Shown here: piece after piece, positions 1 to 13,330 of the stretch
How the letters are laid out: every line of letters begins with the position of its first letter
How positions within the stretch are numbered: the first letter of the stretch is position 1
Source: Octopus sinensis
Taxonomy: Eukaryota
Direction of reading: 5' to 3'
DNA: 64,000 nt
Assembly (NCBI RefSeq): GCF_006345805.1
Contig: NC_043009.1
Coordinates: 59,706,001-59,770,000 of the forward strand
Made by a program: the position numbers and the translations under genes
The notes under the pieces: generated by a model
What the model was told of the DNA's origin: nothing
Seen by the model: the letters and a program-made list of their open reading frames with translations, nothing else
Databases searched by the model: none

Positions 1-470
1 TATATTGACCATTGCTATTAAATGTGTGTACTTTGTCCATTGCTATTTAAGATATATGTATATATATTTGTCGAATAAAATGTTTGTCATATATCTCTTA
101 TGTGGATTGGTCAGTTCTGAGGTCTAAAGTCCAGCTTCTTTCTCATGCCTGTCTGTGTTTGGCAAAAACCCTTTCATTGATGCATTTACCGAAATCTAAG
201 CTTATCATTGTATATAAGGACACAGGAAAAATGTGTCAAAGCCATCAGGAGGCGTCGATGCTTCCTTGGGCTAAACAGCAGTGGTGTAATTCCCTACTGT
301 CACGTTTGTGTTAGATTGACAGTATACAACCATTCTATCGCCCCACCACCGTACATGTCTCTACAAGAGACTTAGAAATTTAGTATTTCTAAGCTTATCA
401 TTGAATCAGTGAAAACCTAACGAGGTTTTTATTCAAAAGAACTTAAATTTCCAGTTATAATTATTATCGT

Positions 471-672
471 TAGGCGGCGAGCTGGCAGAATCATTAGCAC
501 ACTGGGCGAAATGCTTAGCAGTATTTTATCTGTCGCTACATTCTGAGTTCAAATTCAGCCGAGGTTGACTCTGCCTTTTATCCTTTCGGGGTCGATAAAT
601 TAAATACCAGTTACACACTGGGGTTGATGTAATCAACTAAACCCCTCTCCTTGTGCCTTTAGTAAAAAGGAT
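471..672 (+). mobile_element. SINE family A (tRNA-derived head)
   Basis: aggcggcgagctggcagaatc...gttcaaattc...gactttgcctttcatcctttcggggtcgataaattaagtaccag. Further + copies near 690-830, 1087-1305, 1332-1547, 17395-17612, 19643-19860, 30917-31100, 32095-32320, 32848-33055, 43628-43850, 47755-47965, 51001-51215. Confidence 0.85.
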
Positions 673-1550
673 TATTATTGTTGTTGTTTGGAGGTGGTGA
701 GTTGGCAGAACCGTGACAGTATCAGAACAAATGCTTTGTAGCATTTATTTTAGCCCTTTAAATTCTGAGTTAAAATCCCAACTTTGCCTTGCACCCTTAC
801 AGCGTCAATCCCTTAAATATTTCTTTGTCTTGTGCCTAACCCTTTAGCATTCAGATTACTTTGTCAACTGGAATGCTTATCTATTCACCATGCTTCAAAT
901 CAATCAAGCATTTTCTCACAGCTTCAAGATTTTGATGATGTGCTTGTTTATAATTAGAATGGCATTGTTGGTAAGTGTGAGATGCTGGATCTGGATGGTT
1001 TGAACATAAAACAGGTCAGATATTTTGGTTGGATATGACCTGTTTAAATGCTAAACAGTTAAATTAAAAGCAATTGTTGTTGTCGTTAAGGGTGGTAATT
1101 AGCCGAATTGTTAGTGTGTTGGACAAAAATACCATGTAATATTTCTTCTGACTCTTTATATTCTGGGTTCAAATCGTGACTGAGTCAACTTTGCCTTTTA
1201 TCCCTTCAGGATCAATAAAATAGTTACCAGGTGTGCATTAAGATCAATGTAATCAACATACCCCGTGCCCTAAAACTGCTGGCATTGTGCTAAAATTTGA
1301 AACCATTATTATTATTATTATTACTATTATTAAGGCAGCGAGATGGCAGAATCGTTAGCACACCAAGCATAATACCTAGTGGCATTTCGTCCATCTTTAC
1401 ATTCTGAGTTCAAATTCCGCTGAGGTCGACTTTGCCTATCATCCTTTCAGGGTTGATAAATTAAGTACCAATTGCGCATTGGGGTCGATATAGTTGACTC
1501 ATCTTTTCCCCTCCAAATTGCTACCCTTGTGGAAAAATTTGAAACCATCA

Positions 1551-1594
<44 letters not shown>

Positions 1595-2129
1595 TATCAT
1601 CATCATCGACATCATCATTATTACAGTCTTTTTTTCTCTGTTATTACACCAAGCACAGCTCTCCGGGTGCCTTGGGTATGAGTAATGTTTTGTTTTTGTT
1701 TGTTTGTGGGTTCTTTTCGTTTTCTATTGTACTGAGCGTTTTTCTATATATATGTATATATATATATTCATCTGTGCCGTGTCTGGTTTTTCTGTGGTTT
1801 TTCTGTGGTACTCTACATAACATGTATGTATATCACCTACTTGTAATATTTTCTGTATATTACATATTTCTGTGTGTCTTACCCCCCCTGGGGTACCCTA
1901 CACAGTATTTGTGTAGGGCATAGTTGTACAACTTTCTCTGTATGTGTGTGGGTAATTTTCTGGTGTTTTAGTCCTACATTTGTCTATCTTGTCACTGTCA
2001 TCCTCCAGATATGTAATCTATAAGGGGGTTATTTCTGTTTTCTGTCCCCAGATTCTAGGTAGCAAATATATGCAAGAATTTTTTTAAATACTTTTGATAG
2101 ATTTCTCCATTCAATTCTAATTGTTGTTG

Positions 2130-2163
2130 ATCTTGTTGTTGTTATTATCATTATTATTATTAC

Positions 2164-2212
<49 letters not shown>

Positions 2213-2377
2213 AATTGATGAAGATTGACATAACTCGTTAAGAAGGTAAATACACAATTAAAAGAGTGTGAACCAGATGTTGTCAGTCATATTATCAACA
2301 TAGTGTTCATTTTAATAAGCAAAGTCAATCTGTTTTTCATTATATATCACATCACGCTCTTCTAATTGTGATTATCA

Positions 2378-2445
<68 letters not shown>

Positions 2446-2469
2446 TTCATTATTATTATATTATTATTA

Positions 2470-2506
<37 letters not shown>

Positions 2507-2613
2507 CATTATTATTATTATTATTATTATCATTATTATTATTATCATTAATATTATTATCATTAGTATTATTATTATTATTATTATTATCATTATTATC
2601 ATTATTATTATCA

Positions 2614-2660
<47 letters not shown>

Positions 2661-2686
2661 TTCATTATTATTATTATTATTATTTT

Positions 2687-2718
<32 letters not shown>

Positions 2719-2841
2719 TTATTATTATTATTATCATTATTATTATTATTATCATTATTATTATTATTATCATTAATATTATTATCATTAGTATTATTAT
2801 TATTATTATTATCATTATTATCATTATTATTATCATTATTA

Positions 2842-2900
<59 letters not shown>

Positions 2901-2915
2901 ATTATTTTCATTATT
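2130..2915. repeat. Compound (ATT)n microsatellite
   Basis: Near-continuous ATT/ATC triplets; source of the poly-I/poly-L ORFs. Confidence 0.95.
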
Positions 2916-3283
2916 CGCTAAGTGATCATGTATCTTAAGGTATCATGCATATATATATATATATATATATATATCATATCCCTCATAGATTTATAAATAT
3001 AAAGTATATATAAAGTAGAAAAAATCTATAAATTATGGTGAATGTGAGGGTGTCAATATGCATGTATGTATGTATGTACGTATGTATATATATATATTTA
3101 TATGTACACATATATAAATATTGTGTATGCATATATATGATATTTTCTATTTCATATTCAGAAAAACTCTTTGGTCGTAAGTGTGAAGCTCCAATTTTGC
3201 ATGCTTCCTCCTCTCCTCTTGTGTCATCTTCAGTTTGGACATGTTTAACCTTGACCATGACCTCAACCATGACCTTTCGTTGC

Positions 3284-3325
<42 letters not shown>

Positions 3326-3608
3326 CACCCCCACCACCACATTTACACTTCTAGATTTTGCAGTTTGATTTTTTTTTTTTGCATATTCAGTATATTTTCA
3401 TTTCACCCTCAACACTAAACTGTTTTATTTGTGTCGAAATGCATTGTGCATCGGTGTTTTGCATTCCTGCACTATATTGTTGCACCTCTGTGCAAATTCA
3501 TATATATATATATGTGTGTGTTTGTGTTTATTATGTATGTGTATGTGTGTTTGTGTGTGCGCACATATTTACTCACATGCATATGCATATATGCATACAT
3601 ATATATAC

Positions 3609-3655
<47 letters not shown>

Positions 3656-3780
3656 TACATAGATATATATTATATCCATATATATGTATATATACACATT
3701 TACCATCCACTACAAATCTATATATATACATGTATGAAGAAAAAATGTATGCATGGGTGTATATATATACTTACCTATAT

Positions 3781-3839
<59 letters not shown>

Positions 3840-4310
3840 TACATATATACATATATATACACACAGGCACACATACATTTGTATCATGTAAAATGACCGG
3901 CCAAGTACATATGTACTAGTATACATGCAATATAAACTACTATATATTATACATGTGTGTATATATGTATAATATATATATATATAATATATATATATAT
4001 ATACACACACACAGAGACACACACAAATGCATATGTAACATTGATGGTTATTCTGATTGTCCAGCATATTCATCTTCAATGTAACCAATGTAAGTAAGCC
4101 TTGTTTGGTTTAATTAAAGACCATATTGTGGGTGGACATGTCCAAAAGAAATTTTCCTCTTGAGAATATATTTTTTATAATTGCTGTTGTTATTGTGTTT
4201 ATTGTTGTTATTATTGTTTTTTGTTATTATCATTATTATTATTATTATTATTATCATTATTGTAAATTTACTGTGTGGCTCTCTTAATTTTTACCTTGTT
4301 ATTTTCATAT

Positions 4311-4388
<78 letters not shown>

Positions 4389-5200
4389 CATATATATATA
4401 CACATATATATATATACACACATATATATATATATTTGTTGTTTAACATTTTTAAAACTATTTTATGTGTAACTTTGAAACATCTGCTATTTCCCTTTAA
4501 TTTTGCATTTGTTTAATCTCCAGTTTGTTGTTTCATATCTTAATTTTTATACCTTTTCATGACTAGTTTAGTTATATTGTGATTCAGTTCTTTCTATAAC
4601 ATTTTTACACCACATTTGCTGTGCTTTATAAACAGTTCAAACATCTCATGTTTTCAGTTTCTTGTATTTTTTTGTTGTTTTTTTCCCCTTTTTTTATCTT
4701 TTCAGCCTTTGTCGTCCTATTTGTGGCTCTGTTATGTTAATGTTATAGTTAGTTAGACCTTTATCACACTGCTGTTACATCCCTGCTCTATATATATATA
4801 TATATATATAGTTCTTCTTGTAGTGGTGGCTCGCATCGTTCTTCCACATTTGTGTCACACAGGTGTTACATGCCAACAACAATTTTCTTTTCCTTATTAT
4901 GCAGACGGCATATCTGTGTTACAGTATTTATTGCTTTGGTTATTTTGAAAGCCTTTCCACATGTCCCTGTGTCACATATATGTGTCACATCCCTGCTACA
5001 TTTCTCCTTGTTACACCTCCCTACTACAGTCTATTTTGGAGAAATTGTTGTCACACTTCTGTCACACTGACGCTACAGTTTCTGTTGTTCTGGTTATTGT
5101 TACAGCCCTAATTACTATTCTGTTATTACACCAGTTCTTATTGCAGTGTTGGTACATATGTTACCATTTTCTTACATAACTTTCAGAATTCTTCCACATG

Positions 5201-5675
5201 AAGGCGGTGAGCTGGCAGAAACGTTAGCACACCAGGCAAAATGCTTAGCAGTATTTCGTCTGCTGTTATATTCTGAGTTCAAATTCCGCTGAGGTTGACT
5301 TTGCCTTTCATCCATTTGGGGTTGATAAATTAAGTACCTATTTTTTTACTACCCACAAGGGGCTAAACACAGAGGGGACAAATAAGGACAGACAAACAGA
5401 TTAAGTCGATTACATTGACCCCAGTGCGTAACTGGTACTTAATTTATCGACCCTGAAAGGATGAAAGGCAAAGTCTACCTCGGCGGAATTTGAACTCAGA
5501 ACGTAGCGGCAGACGAAATAACGGCTACGCATTTCGCCCTGCATGCTAACGTTTCTGCCAGCTCGCCACCAAATTAAGTACCAGTTATGCACTGGGGTCG
5601 ATGTAATCGACTTAATCCCTTTGTCCTTGTTTGTCCCCTTTGTATTTAGCCCCTTGTGGGTAATAAAGAAATAAG
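5201..5675. mobile_element. Family A SINE (+) interrupted by an antisense family A SINE (5339-5570)
   Basis: 12-bp TSD aaattaagtacc at 5327-5338 and 5571-5582. Confidence 0.9.
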
Positions 5676-6083
5676 TATTCTTCCACATGTGTCTTGACTC
5701 GTGGCACATTTTTACCTGTATGTCACAGGCCTGATACATGCTTTCCATTGTTCTTCCCAAAGTATCTCCATTCTTGACACATTTCTGTCGTACATGTCAT
5801 GGCCTTGTTACATACATGAATATTTCATTTATCACAAAAATCTTTATACTGGTTACTTCAAATAAATATTTACATCATGTAATAACCTATTTATGATGGC
5901 ATGCCTATATTATTAATAGATAAATAATTAACACTTTTACTGCAGAAATCAGACAGCTCCACTCAAAATTTCATTACCTGTAACTGCAGATATTAGTTTT
6001 ACATACCATTTTGTCTTTTGTTGAGGAATTCATGTTTGGAATTATTTCTTGTTGAAATATGCCAAGTCTAGTGTGGCAATTGT

Positions 6084-6468
6084 GGAGGCGCAATGGCCCA
6101 GTGGTTAGGGCAGCGGACTCGCGGTCGTAGGATCGTGGTTTCGATTCCCAGACCGGCGTTGTGAGTGTTTATTGAGCGAAAACACCTAAAAGCTCCACGA
6201 GGCTCCGGCAGGGGATGGTGGTGATCCCTGCTGTACTCTTTCACCACAACTTTCTCTCACTCTTACTTCCTGTTTCTGTTGTACCTGTATTTCAAAGGGC
6301 CGGCCTTGTCACTCTCTGTGTCACGCTGAAGATCCCCAGAACTACGTTAAGGGTACACGTGTCTGTGGAATGCTCAGCCACTTACACGTTAATTTCACGA
6401 GCAGGCTGTTCCGTTGATTCGGATCAACTGGAACCCTCGTCGTCGTAACCGACGGAGTGCTTCCATCC
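6084..6468 (+). mobile_element. SINE family B, full length
   Basis: A box tggcccagtgg, B box ggtttcgattccc; TSD agtgtggcaat at 6070-6080 and 6469-6479. Confidence 0.92.
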
Positions 6469-6686
6469 AGTGTGGCAATGAGATTTCCAGAAAATACCAA
6501 TGCTATTTCTTGGTAGATATTTAGCATCATTTTTAGAATAATCTTGGAATCTTATATCAACAGTGAAAGGCTTAAATATTGAATTTTATGTCATAACTTT
6601 TTTTGGGGTTTTTTTTTATTAATTAGTTTGTTGTATGATTAACATCTATTCACTGATTTCTTAAACTATTTTTAATCGCTTTTCAG

Positions 6687-7725
6687 GAGGATCGTCCAAC
6701 AGGTTTTGACATCTTAAAATTCGAACTCACCGATGATGATTTGCCACCAAATGGCGCCCCGTTCTCGTTTGACATTATTTCAGGTGTTGGTAAGGAGAGG
6801 TTTCGAGTGGACAATGAAGGCAAGCTGCTAACTGTCCGAGACCTCAACCAGAGCATTAAGGACCGCTATGAACTGACTATTAGAGCCTTTGACAGTGGAA
6901 GCCCTCCTTTGTACTCCGATGCAACTGTGACCATTGAGGTAACTGAGGAGAGTACAGTGCCTCCCAAGATATCCAACCTGAAAATCTCAATCAACTCCTA
7001 TCAAGACAAATTCCCTGGTGGGATCATTGGCAAAGTTTCCGCTGAAGACCCAGACATTCATGATTCCCTTAAGTATAGTATTGTCTCTTCGAATCTTCAT
7101 CTATTTGATATTCATGAGAACGATGGCCGTATTATTGCGAAGCCAGGTCTAGATGCCGGCCGGTATGTCATTGATGTGAAAGTCTCAGATGGTAGGTATG
7201 ATTCTTATGGCCAAGCTAACGTCGACGTCAGCGTTACCACTGATGAAATGGTCAAGAATGCTGTAACCATTCGTCTTGGTAATATCCAAGCTGATGATTT
7301 TTTGAGGCAGCAGTCTAGAAACTTCATCAAGGTCTTGAAGAACGAATTATCTGTTCGGGCTAGAGACATTGAAATAATCAGCCTGCAGCCGGCTGATATC
7401 AGCACAGGTGCACAGAGCAGGCGTAAGAGGTCTACATCCGAAGATCTTGATGTTTTGTTTGCTGTGAGGATGTCTCATAATAGTTTCATCCGTGTAAACA
7501 CACTACGAAGGAAAGTTCAGAATGCTACCCCTAAAATACAGTCAGCGCTCAACCTGAAAGTCATGAAAGTATTTAGTGATGTCTGTGAGAAGGACACATG
7601 TGATACGGGATCGTGCATTGGCTTTGTGGACTTTGACAAGGAAAATCCTATTGTTACTGAGATTGGCGAACAAAGTTTTGTCTCACTGAAGTACCGGTAC
7701 ACTTATGAGTGTAAATGTCTTGATA
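6687..7725 (+). CDS. FAT1: FAT1/2/3-like cadherin exon: last cadherin repeats, membrane-proximal domain, first Cys-rich module
   Basis: tttcag|GAG acceptor (phase 0), A|gtaag donor (phase 1). Reads EDRPTGFDILKFELTDDDLPPNGAPFSF...YELTIRAFDSGSPPLYSDATVTIEV...GKVSAEDPD...VKVSDG...RRKRS...CEKDTCDTGSC, with typical cadherin motifs. Confidence 0.95.
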
Positions 7726-8179
7726 GTAAGTTCTCATTTTACCATTTCCTTCTTTGTTCAAACCTCATTATCTTTACTACAGTTCTTTCTTCACTAAATT
7801 AGCGAATCCTTGTGTGACATAGACATGTTTTGTATTATATGCAAATGAATATACGTTTCTCTTTGTGATTTAATTAAGATCTTCTTAATGGAGTTCAAGC
7901 TGGTCCCTAACGAACTGATGGGATCTTTTGAATTAAGGCAATTCCTGAAGTTTGTAAATGTGTGGTTGAGTTTGTGTGTGCGTATGTGTAAAGGGTATGC
8001 ACTTGCAGTTATAGTCTGTGTGTATGTGTCTCTATAGTACTTCGATGTCTGCGTACAAGAGTGTGCATGTGTGTGTGTGAGTGTGTGTCTGAAAGAGAGA
8101 GAGAGAGCAAGAGAGTGTATAGATTGATAGACAATCAGAGAAAGCATGTATAATCAACATTTCCTGTCTATTTTTGCAG

Positions 8180-8350
8180 ACAAATGTATATGGGACCCAG
8201 ACCCCTGTATTGGTCACCAATGTCCACACTACAAAGTGTGTAAAGCTTCTGATGTGTCTGGGCCACAGTGTGCCTGCCCAGAGGGCAAGACTGGGCTGTA
8301 CTGTGACAAGGACTTACCCCCAGACTGTGCTCAACATGGATGTTATCATG
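8180..8350 (+). CDS. FAT1: FAT-like exon: EGF-like domain before LamG
   Basis: ttgcag|AC to G|gtacgt, phase 1-1, 171 nt. (N)KCIWDPDPCIGHQCPHYKVC...CACPEGKTGLYC. Confidence 0.92.
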
Positions 8351-8581
8351 GTACGTGCTATCTTATTCTGGTCGCTCTTCTACAATCACACCACAAAGTC
8401 CCCACCACCACCACCCACCCACCCACATACACATCATCATCATCACCATCATCATACATCATTATTTCAACATTCCATTTTTTCATGTTTCCATGGATCA
8501 AACGAAATTTACCAAAGCAGACTTTCTACAGCCAAATGCTCACCTTGTCCCCATGTGTGTGTGTGTGTGTGTATGTACATA

Positions 8582-8970
8582 GGAGGCGCAATGGCCCAGT
8601 GGTTAGGGCAGCGGACTCACGGTCATAGGATCGCGGTTTCGATTCCCAGACCGGGCGTTGTGAGTGTTTATTGAGCGAAAACACCTAAAAGCTCCACGAG
8701 GCTCCGACAGGGGATGGTGGTGATCCCTGCTGTACTCTTTCACCACAACTTTCTCTCACTCTTACTTCCTGTTTCTGTTGTACCTGTATTTCAAAGGGCC
8801 GGCCTTGTCACTCTCTGTGTCACGCTGAATATCCCCGAGAACTACGTTAAGGGTGCACGTGTCTGTGGAGTGCTCAGCCACTTACACATTAATTTCACGA
8901 GCAGGCTGTTCCGTTGATTCGGTTCAACCGGAATCCTCGTCGTCATAACCGACGGAGTGCTTCCATCCAT
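8582..8970 (+). mobile_element. SINE family B, full length
   Basis: Near-identical to 6084-6468; TSD gtgtatgtaca at 8569-8579 and 8975-8985. Confidence 0.92.
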
Positions 8971-9036
8971 AGTAGTGTATGTACACAAGTTTCTAATGTG
9001 CTACAGTTGTTCACGATTGTTGTTTATTTTTTGCAG

Positions 9037-9200
9037 ATAATAAACCTTTAACATTTGCTGGCCGTAGCTTTGCTCGATGGACGTTGGTGGACAAACACGG
9101 CTTTGAAAACAGATTAAGTGTTTCATTGAGGATAAAGACTCACCAGAAAAATGCCAACCTCATGTTTGCTAGTGGTTCTGTGGATTATAGTATTCTTGAG
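9037..9200 (+). CDS. FAT1: FAT-like exon: laminin-G N-terminal part
   Basis: ttgcag|AT to GAG|gtaaat, phase 1-0. DNKPLTFAGRSFARW...LRIKT...LMFASGSVDYSILE. Confidence 0.93.
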
Positions 9201-9723
9201 GTAAATGACTTCTTTTTTTTTTCATCCTTTTTTTTTTATCTTTTACTTGTTTCAGTCAGCGACTATGGCCATACTGGAGCACTGCCTTGAAAAGTTTGGT
9301 CAAGCAAATCAACCCCAGTATTTTTTTCCTTTTTTTTTTTTTGAGTTTGGTTCTTATTTCGGTCATCTTTTGCTGAACTGCCAAGTCATAGAGCTGTAAA
9401 CAAGCCAGCACCAACTGTCGGGCACTTGTGGTGGGTTGGGTGACAAACAAGAACACAAAGACACATGTGTATTAACACACACACGCATACATTCATATAC
9501 ATATATATGACAGGCTTCCACCTAGTTTCCATCTACCAAATTCTTTCACAAGGCATTTGTCAGCCTTTTGCTATAATAGAAGCTATTTATTTGCACAAGA
9601 TACCACCAAGTGGGACTGAACTTGAAATTACTTGGTTACAAAGTTACAAAGCAAGCTTCTTGACCACACAGCCATGCCTTCATCATTAATCAGAATTTGT
9701 AATTAGTGACTAATGTTATGGGG

Positions 9724-9782
<59 letters not shown>

Positions 9783-10184
9783 TAATGGAACATCCCTCCC
9801 ACATGACAAGTGGTATGTGCTAGTCATTATGAATACTGTGATGTAGGAAGTTGAGAAGTCAGCAAAGTTGGTCATAGATAGTCATGTCTAACTGCACAGC
9901 TATACTAGAGTGGATGTTATAACAGTCTGACATTGAATTACAACAACTATTGCTTGACTTTAACCACTTGAGCAAGTCCCTTAGTGGTTGACAATATGTA
10001 CATCTCTGATCACGAGCAGGAGTAACTGGGATGCTTCATAGCCATATGTTGAGGGATTCTTTGAGGTTTGAATAAACGTAACAAAAGCAAAGTTTGAAGG
10101 AAATACTAGCCATTTTACATACTTTCTAGGAACAAGTAAATAGGAAATAACAGTTGCTACCGAAGGACGGTGTAATTAGTGTTA

Positions 10185-10567
10185 TACTCTTTTACTTGTT
10201 TCAGTCATTTGACTGCGGCCATGCTGGAGCACCACCTTTAATCGAGCAACTCGACCCTGGGACTTATTCTTTGTAAGCCCAGTACTTATTCTATCGGTCT
10301 CTTTTGCCGAACCGCTAAGTGACGGGGACATAAAGACACCAGCATCGGTTGTCAAGCAATGCTAGAGGGACAAACACACACGCACATATATATATATACA
10401 TATATACGACGGGCTTCTTTCAGTTTCCGTCTACCAAATCCACTCACAAGGCTTTGGTCAGCCCGAGGCTATAGTAGAAGACACTTGCCCCAAGGTGCCA
10501 CGCAGTGGGACTGAACCCGGAACCATGTGGTTGGTAAGCAAGCTACTTACCACACAGCCACTCCTGC
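10185..10567 (-). mobile_element. SINE family C (CORE-like ccttgggcaagt motif)
   Basis: Reverse complement of ggagtggctgtgtggtaagtagcttgc...ggttcagtcccactgcgtggcaccttgggcaagtg. Other copies: 9244-9685 (-), 17970-18270 (+), 25385-25752 (+), 61166-61520 (+). Confidence 0.85.
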
Positions 10568-10657
10568 ACAGAAATAATTACAAAACAAACGTAACAAAAC
10601 AGACGCATTGATATTTAATTCCTGTTTTTTTCTCCATATTTTTTTCTCACTCTTCAG

Positions 10658-11060
10658 CTGGACAATGGCATGGTACAGTACAGGTTTGAATGTGGCAGTG
10701 GTGTTGGAAGAGTGCAGCTACCCAGGAAAATCAGTGACGGTGAATGGCACACCATATTTGTTGAGCGCTTAGGCAAGACAGCTACAATCAACCTGGACGG
10801 CCGTTACACGGCTTGGTCGAGCGCTCCAGGTGAACACGATGTCCTCAATCTGGGCAGCAACAACATCTATTTCGGCGCTGAAGTTGAGACGTTCCCCAAC
10901 GGCTACCGCAACATCAAGCGGGGCTTCGAAGGGTGCATGGAAGACCTGCGCCTACACAGCATCCGTTTGCCATTCACTGATCGCAACGCTGTAGCCACCT
11001 CACAGGAATTTCATAAGATTGAGTTTAACTGCAAGAATATGTGGGAGAAAAATGAAAATG
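10658..11060 (+). CDS. FAT1: FAT-like exon: laminin-G C-terminal part
   Basis: cttcag|CTG to G|gtaatt, phase 0-1. LDNGMVQYRFECGSG...ISDGEWHTIFVER...GFEGCMEDLRL. Confidence 0.95.
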
Positions 11061-11366
11061 GTAATTCCTTTTTTTTTTTATATTTCACTAATGTTATTTT
11101 TGTTATTGTTGTTGTTAGTCAGGTAACGGGTAAAGGTAAAGTTTACGGACCCGTTTTGGTCACAAATGACTTTGGGATTGTACCAAGAAAGTTCCCCTTC
11201 AAGGCACAAGTCTCGACAAAGTTGTTTATGGAAGATCAGCAATCGCCCATGCATACCCCATCATCTCCACTCTCCACGCCACAAGTGTTATCCAAGGGAA
11301 AGGCAAAGGGGCCGATACAGCTTGGCATCAGTGACGTCACAACTCATTTCTACAGGTGAATGAAAT

Positions 11367-11969
11367 GAAGGCGGTGAGCTGGCAGAATCGTTAGCATGCC
11401 AGGTGAAATGCTTAGCAGTATTTTGTCTGCCGTTACGTTCTGAGTTCAAATTCCGCCAAGGTCGACTTTGCCTTTCATCCTTTTGGGGTCGATAAACAAA
11501 GTAACCAGTTACACACTGGGGTCGATATAATCGACTTAATCCATCTGTCTGTCCTTGTTTGTCTCTTCTGTGTTTAACCCCTTGTGGGTAGTAAAGAAAT
11601 AGGTATTTTGCCTGCCGTTACGTTCTGAGTTCAAATTCCGCCGAGGTCGACTTTGCCTTTCATCCTTTTGGGTGTCGATAAATTAAGTACCAGTTACGCA
11701 CTGGGGTCAATATAATTGACTTAATCCGTTTGTCTGTCCTTGTTTGTCCCTTCTGTATTTAGCCCCTTGTGGGTAGTAAAGAAATAGGTTTTTTGTCTGC
11801 TGTTACGTTCTGAGTTCAAATTCCGCCGAGGCCGACTTTGCCTTTCATCCTTTTGGGGCGATAAACAAAGTACCAGTTACGCACTGGGGTCGATATAATC
11901 AACTTAATCCATCTGTCTGTCCTTGTTTCTCCTCTCTGTGTTTTAGCCCCTTGTGGGTAATAAAGAAAT
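11367..11969 (+). mobile_element. Family A SINE trimer inside an older SINE-like element
   Basis: One head plus three ~185-bp bodies; TSD aggtgaatgaaat at 11354-11366 and 11970-11982. Confidence 0.88.
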
Positions 11970-12274
11970 AGGTGAATGAAATCGAGCAACATGAAATAAC
12001 ATATCTTGCTCAAAGAACACAAAACACAGCCTGGTACAGGAATCAAACATACACCCTACCTGTCTGTTTATCTCATATAATCTTTCCATCAGTCTACCTA
12101 TCATACCATTACTCACTTACCTGTCCACCTGTCTGTTCCGTCATTATACATGACTTTCTATTACAAACCTGTCAGTTTACTTTATGCTATGTTCACCTGA
12201 CTCTCTACCTGCGACACTATTACTTACTTATCTGGTTTTTCCTTTTATTTTTTTGTATTTTTCTGACTTTGTAG

Positions 12275-12424
12275 ATCCTTGTTCCAACTTCCCATGCCTC
12301 AATGGCGGTCGGTGTATCCCATCCAGCCACAAGAGCTACACCTGCGTGTGTGGTTCACGTTTCCAAGGACTGAAGTGTGAAGTCGATACCAATCCATGTG
12401 CAGATAACCCATGTCTAAATGGAG
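12275..12424 (+). CDS. FAT1: FAT-like exon: EGF-like repeats
   Basis: ttgtag|AT to G|gtaggt, phase 1-1, 150 nt. DPCSNFPCLNGGRC...CVCGSRFQGLKCEVDTNPCADNPCLNG. Confidence 0.94.
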
Positions 12425-12949
12425 GTAGGTGAACACATCCTCCTGCCTCTCCTCTCTCTCTATCTCTTTGCAAAACACCTGTGCTTATATTTATCACAAG
12501 AGGATGAACTATTGTAGATTTATATATACATATATATATATATATAGATATATATATATGTAGGTCCCGGGTTGAGTCGGGGTTAACCACAGTTAATAAG
12601 GTACTCAATACATAGCAGAGTAACATTTGAATGAAACAGTTCTAGTCGTGTAGAAGCTCCTTCTATAAAATTAAAAAAATATATATATATAAATAAAATG
12701 GAGTGAAGTGAAAATTAATTGACAAATGTGATTATTACACTCTGGAACTAGACCTCTCCAAATTTTATTGGAAACATATGTAAGAGCTAACTGGATTAGA
12801 TGTATATAAATCTCCTATCTGTGTGCCATACATATATATATAAATATAATGAATTTGAATTGTCTTGGTTTTACTTAGGCACTCCTACTTGCAGTCCTAT
12901 ATTTATTGTTTTGGTTTCTATTGGAAAAGCGAAATTATAAAAATTATTT

Positions 12950-12982
<33 letters not shown>

Positions 12983-13143
12983 TATATTTATTCTACATTA
13001 TATCAGTACAGCTCGATGCAACCCCCAAAAAGGCTGGCTCGTCAGTTGGCATCATTAGACGGTGGCCGGCATAATGGAATAGGAGCTTTATTTACATATT
13101 CAAAACATTTTCCAGAAACAAATTTAAAAGATGTATATATATA

Positions 13144-13330
13144 GGGGAGAATTCACAAAAAAAAAAAACAAACGACAAAGACAGGTGGTGTAGACAAGAA
13201 ACAGATGTATTACTATAACGCTCAGGAAGGGAAAAAAGTCTTTAACATTTCGAGACAACGCTCTTCCACAGAAAGGAACATAGAAAGAAACAAGGAGAGA
13301 AAATAATGTGTTGTGGCTAGCGATCTATGA
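13144..13330. mobile_element. Short (TA)n-associated interspersed element; second copy 24612-24792
   Basis: Two copies of gggagaattca...gacaggtggtgta...tttcgag...gctctt...cagaaaggaac...gtggcta.cgatctat, both next to TA repeats. Confidence 0.75.

Noticed and set aside
2368-2911. Poly-I/poly-L ORFs, and the YI/IY-rich ORFs throughout the window
   Set aside because: Translations of (ATT)n and (TA)n microsatellites; no domain content or splice context.
4065-4090. AG...G|gtaagt mini-exon candidate upstream of the first FAT exon
   Set aside because: 26 nt, so not frame-preserving, and no cadherin-like residues.
6084-6160. tRNA-like sequence with A and B boxes (also at 8582 and in family A/C heads)
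   Set aside because: These are SINE heads continuous with SINE bodies, some with TSDs; not tRNA genes.
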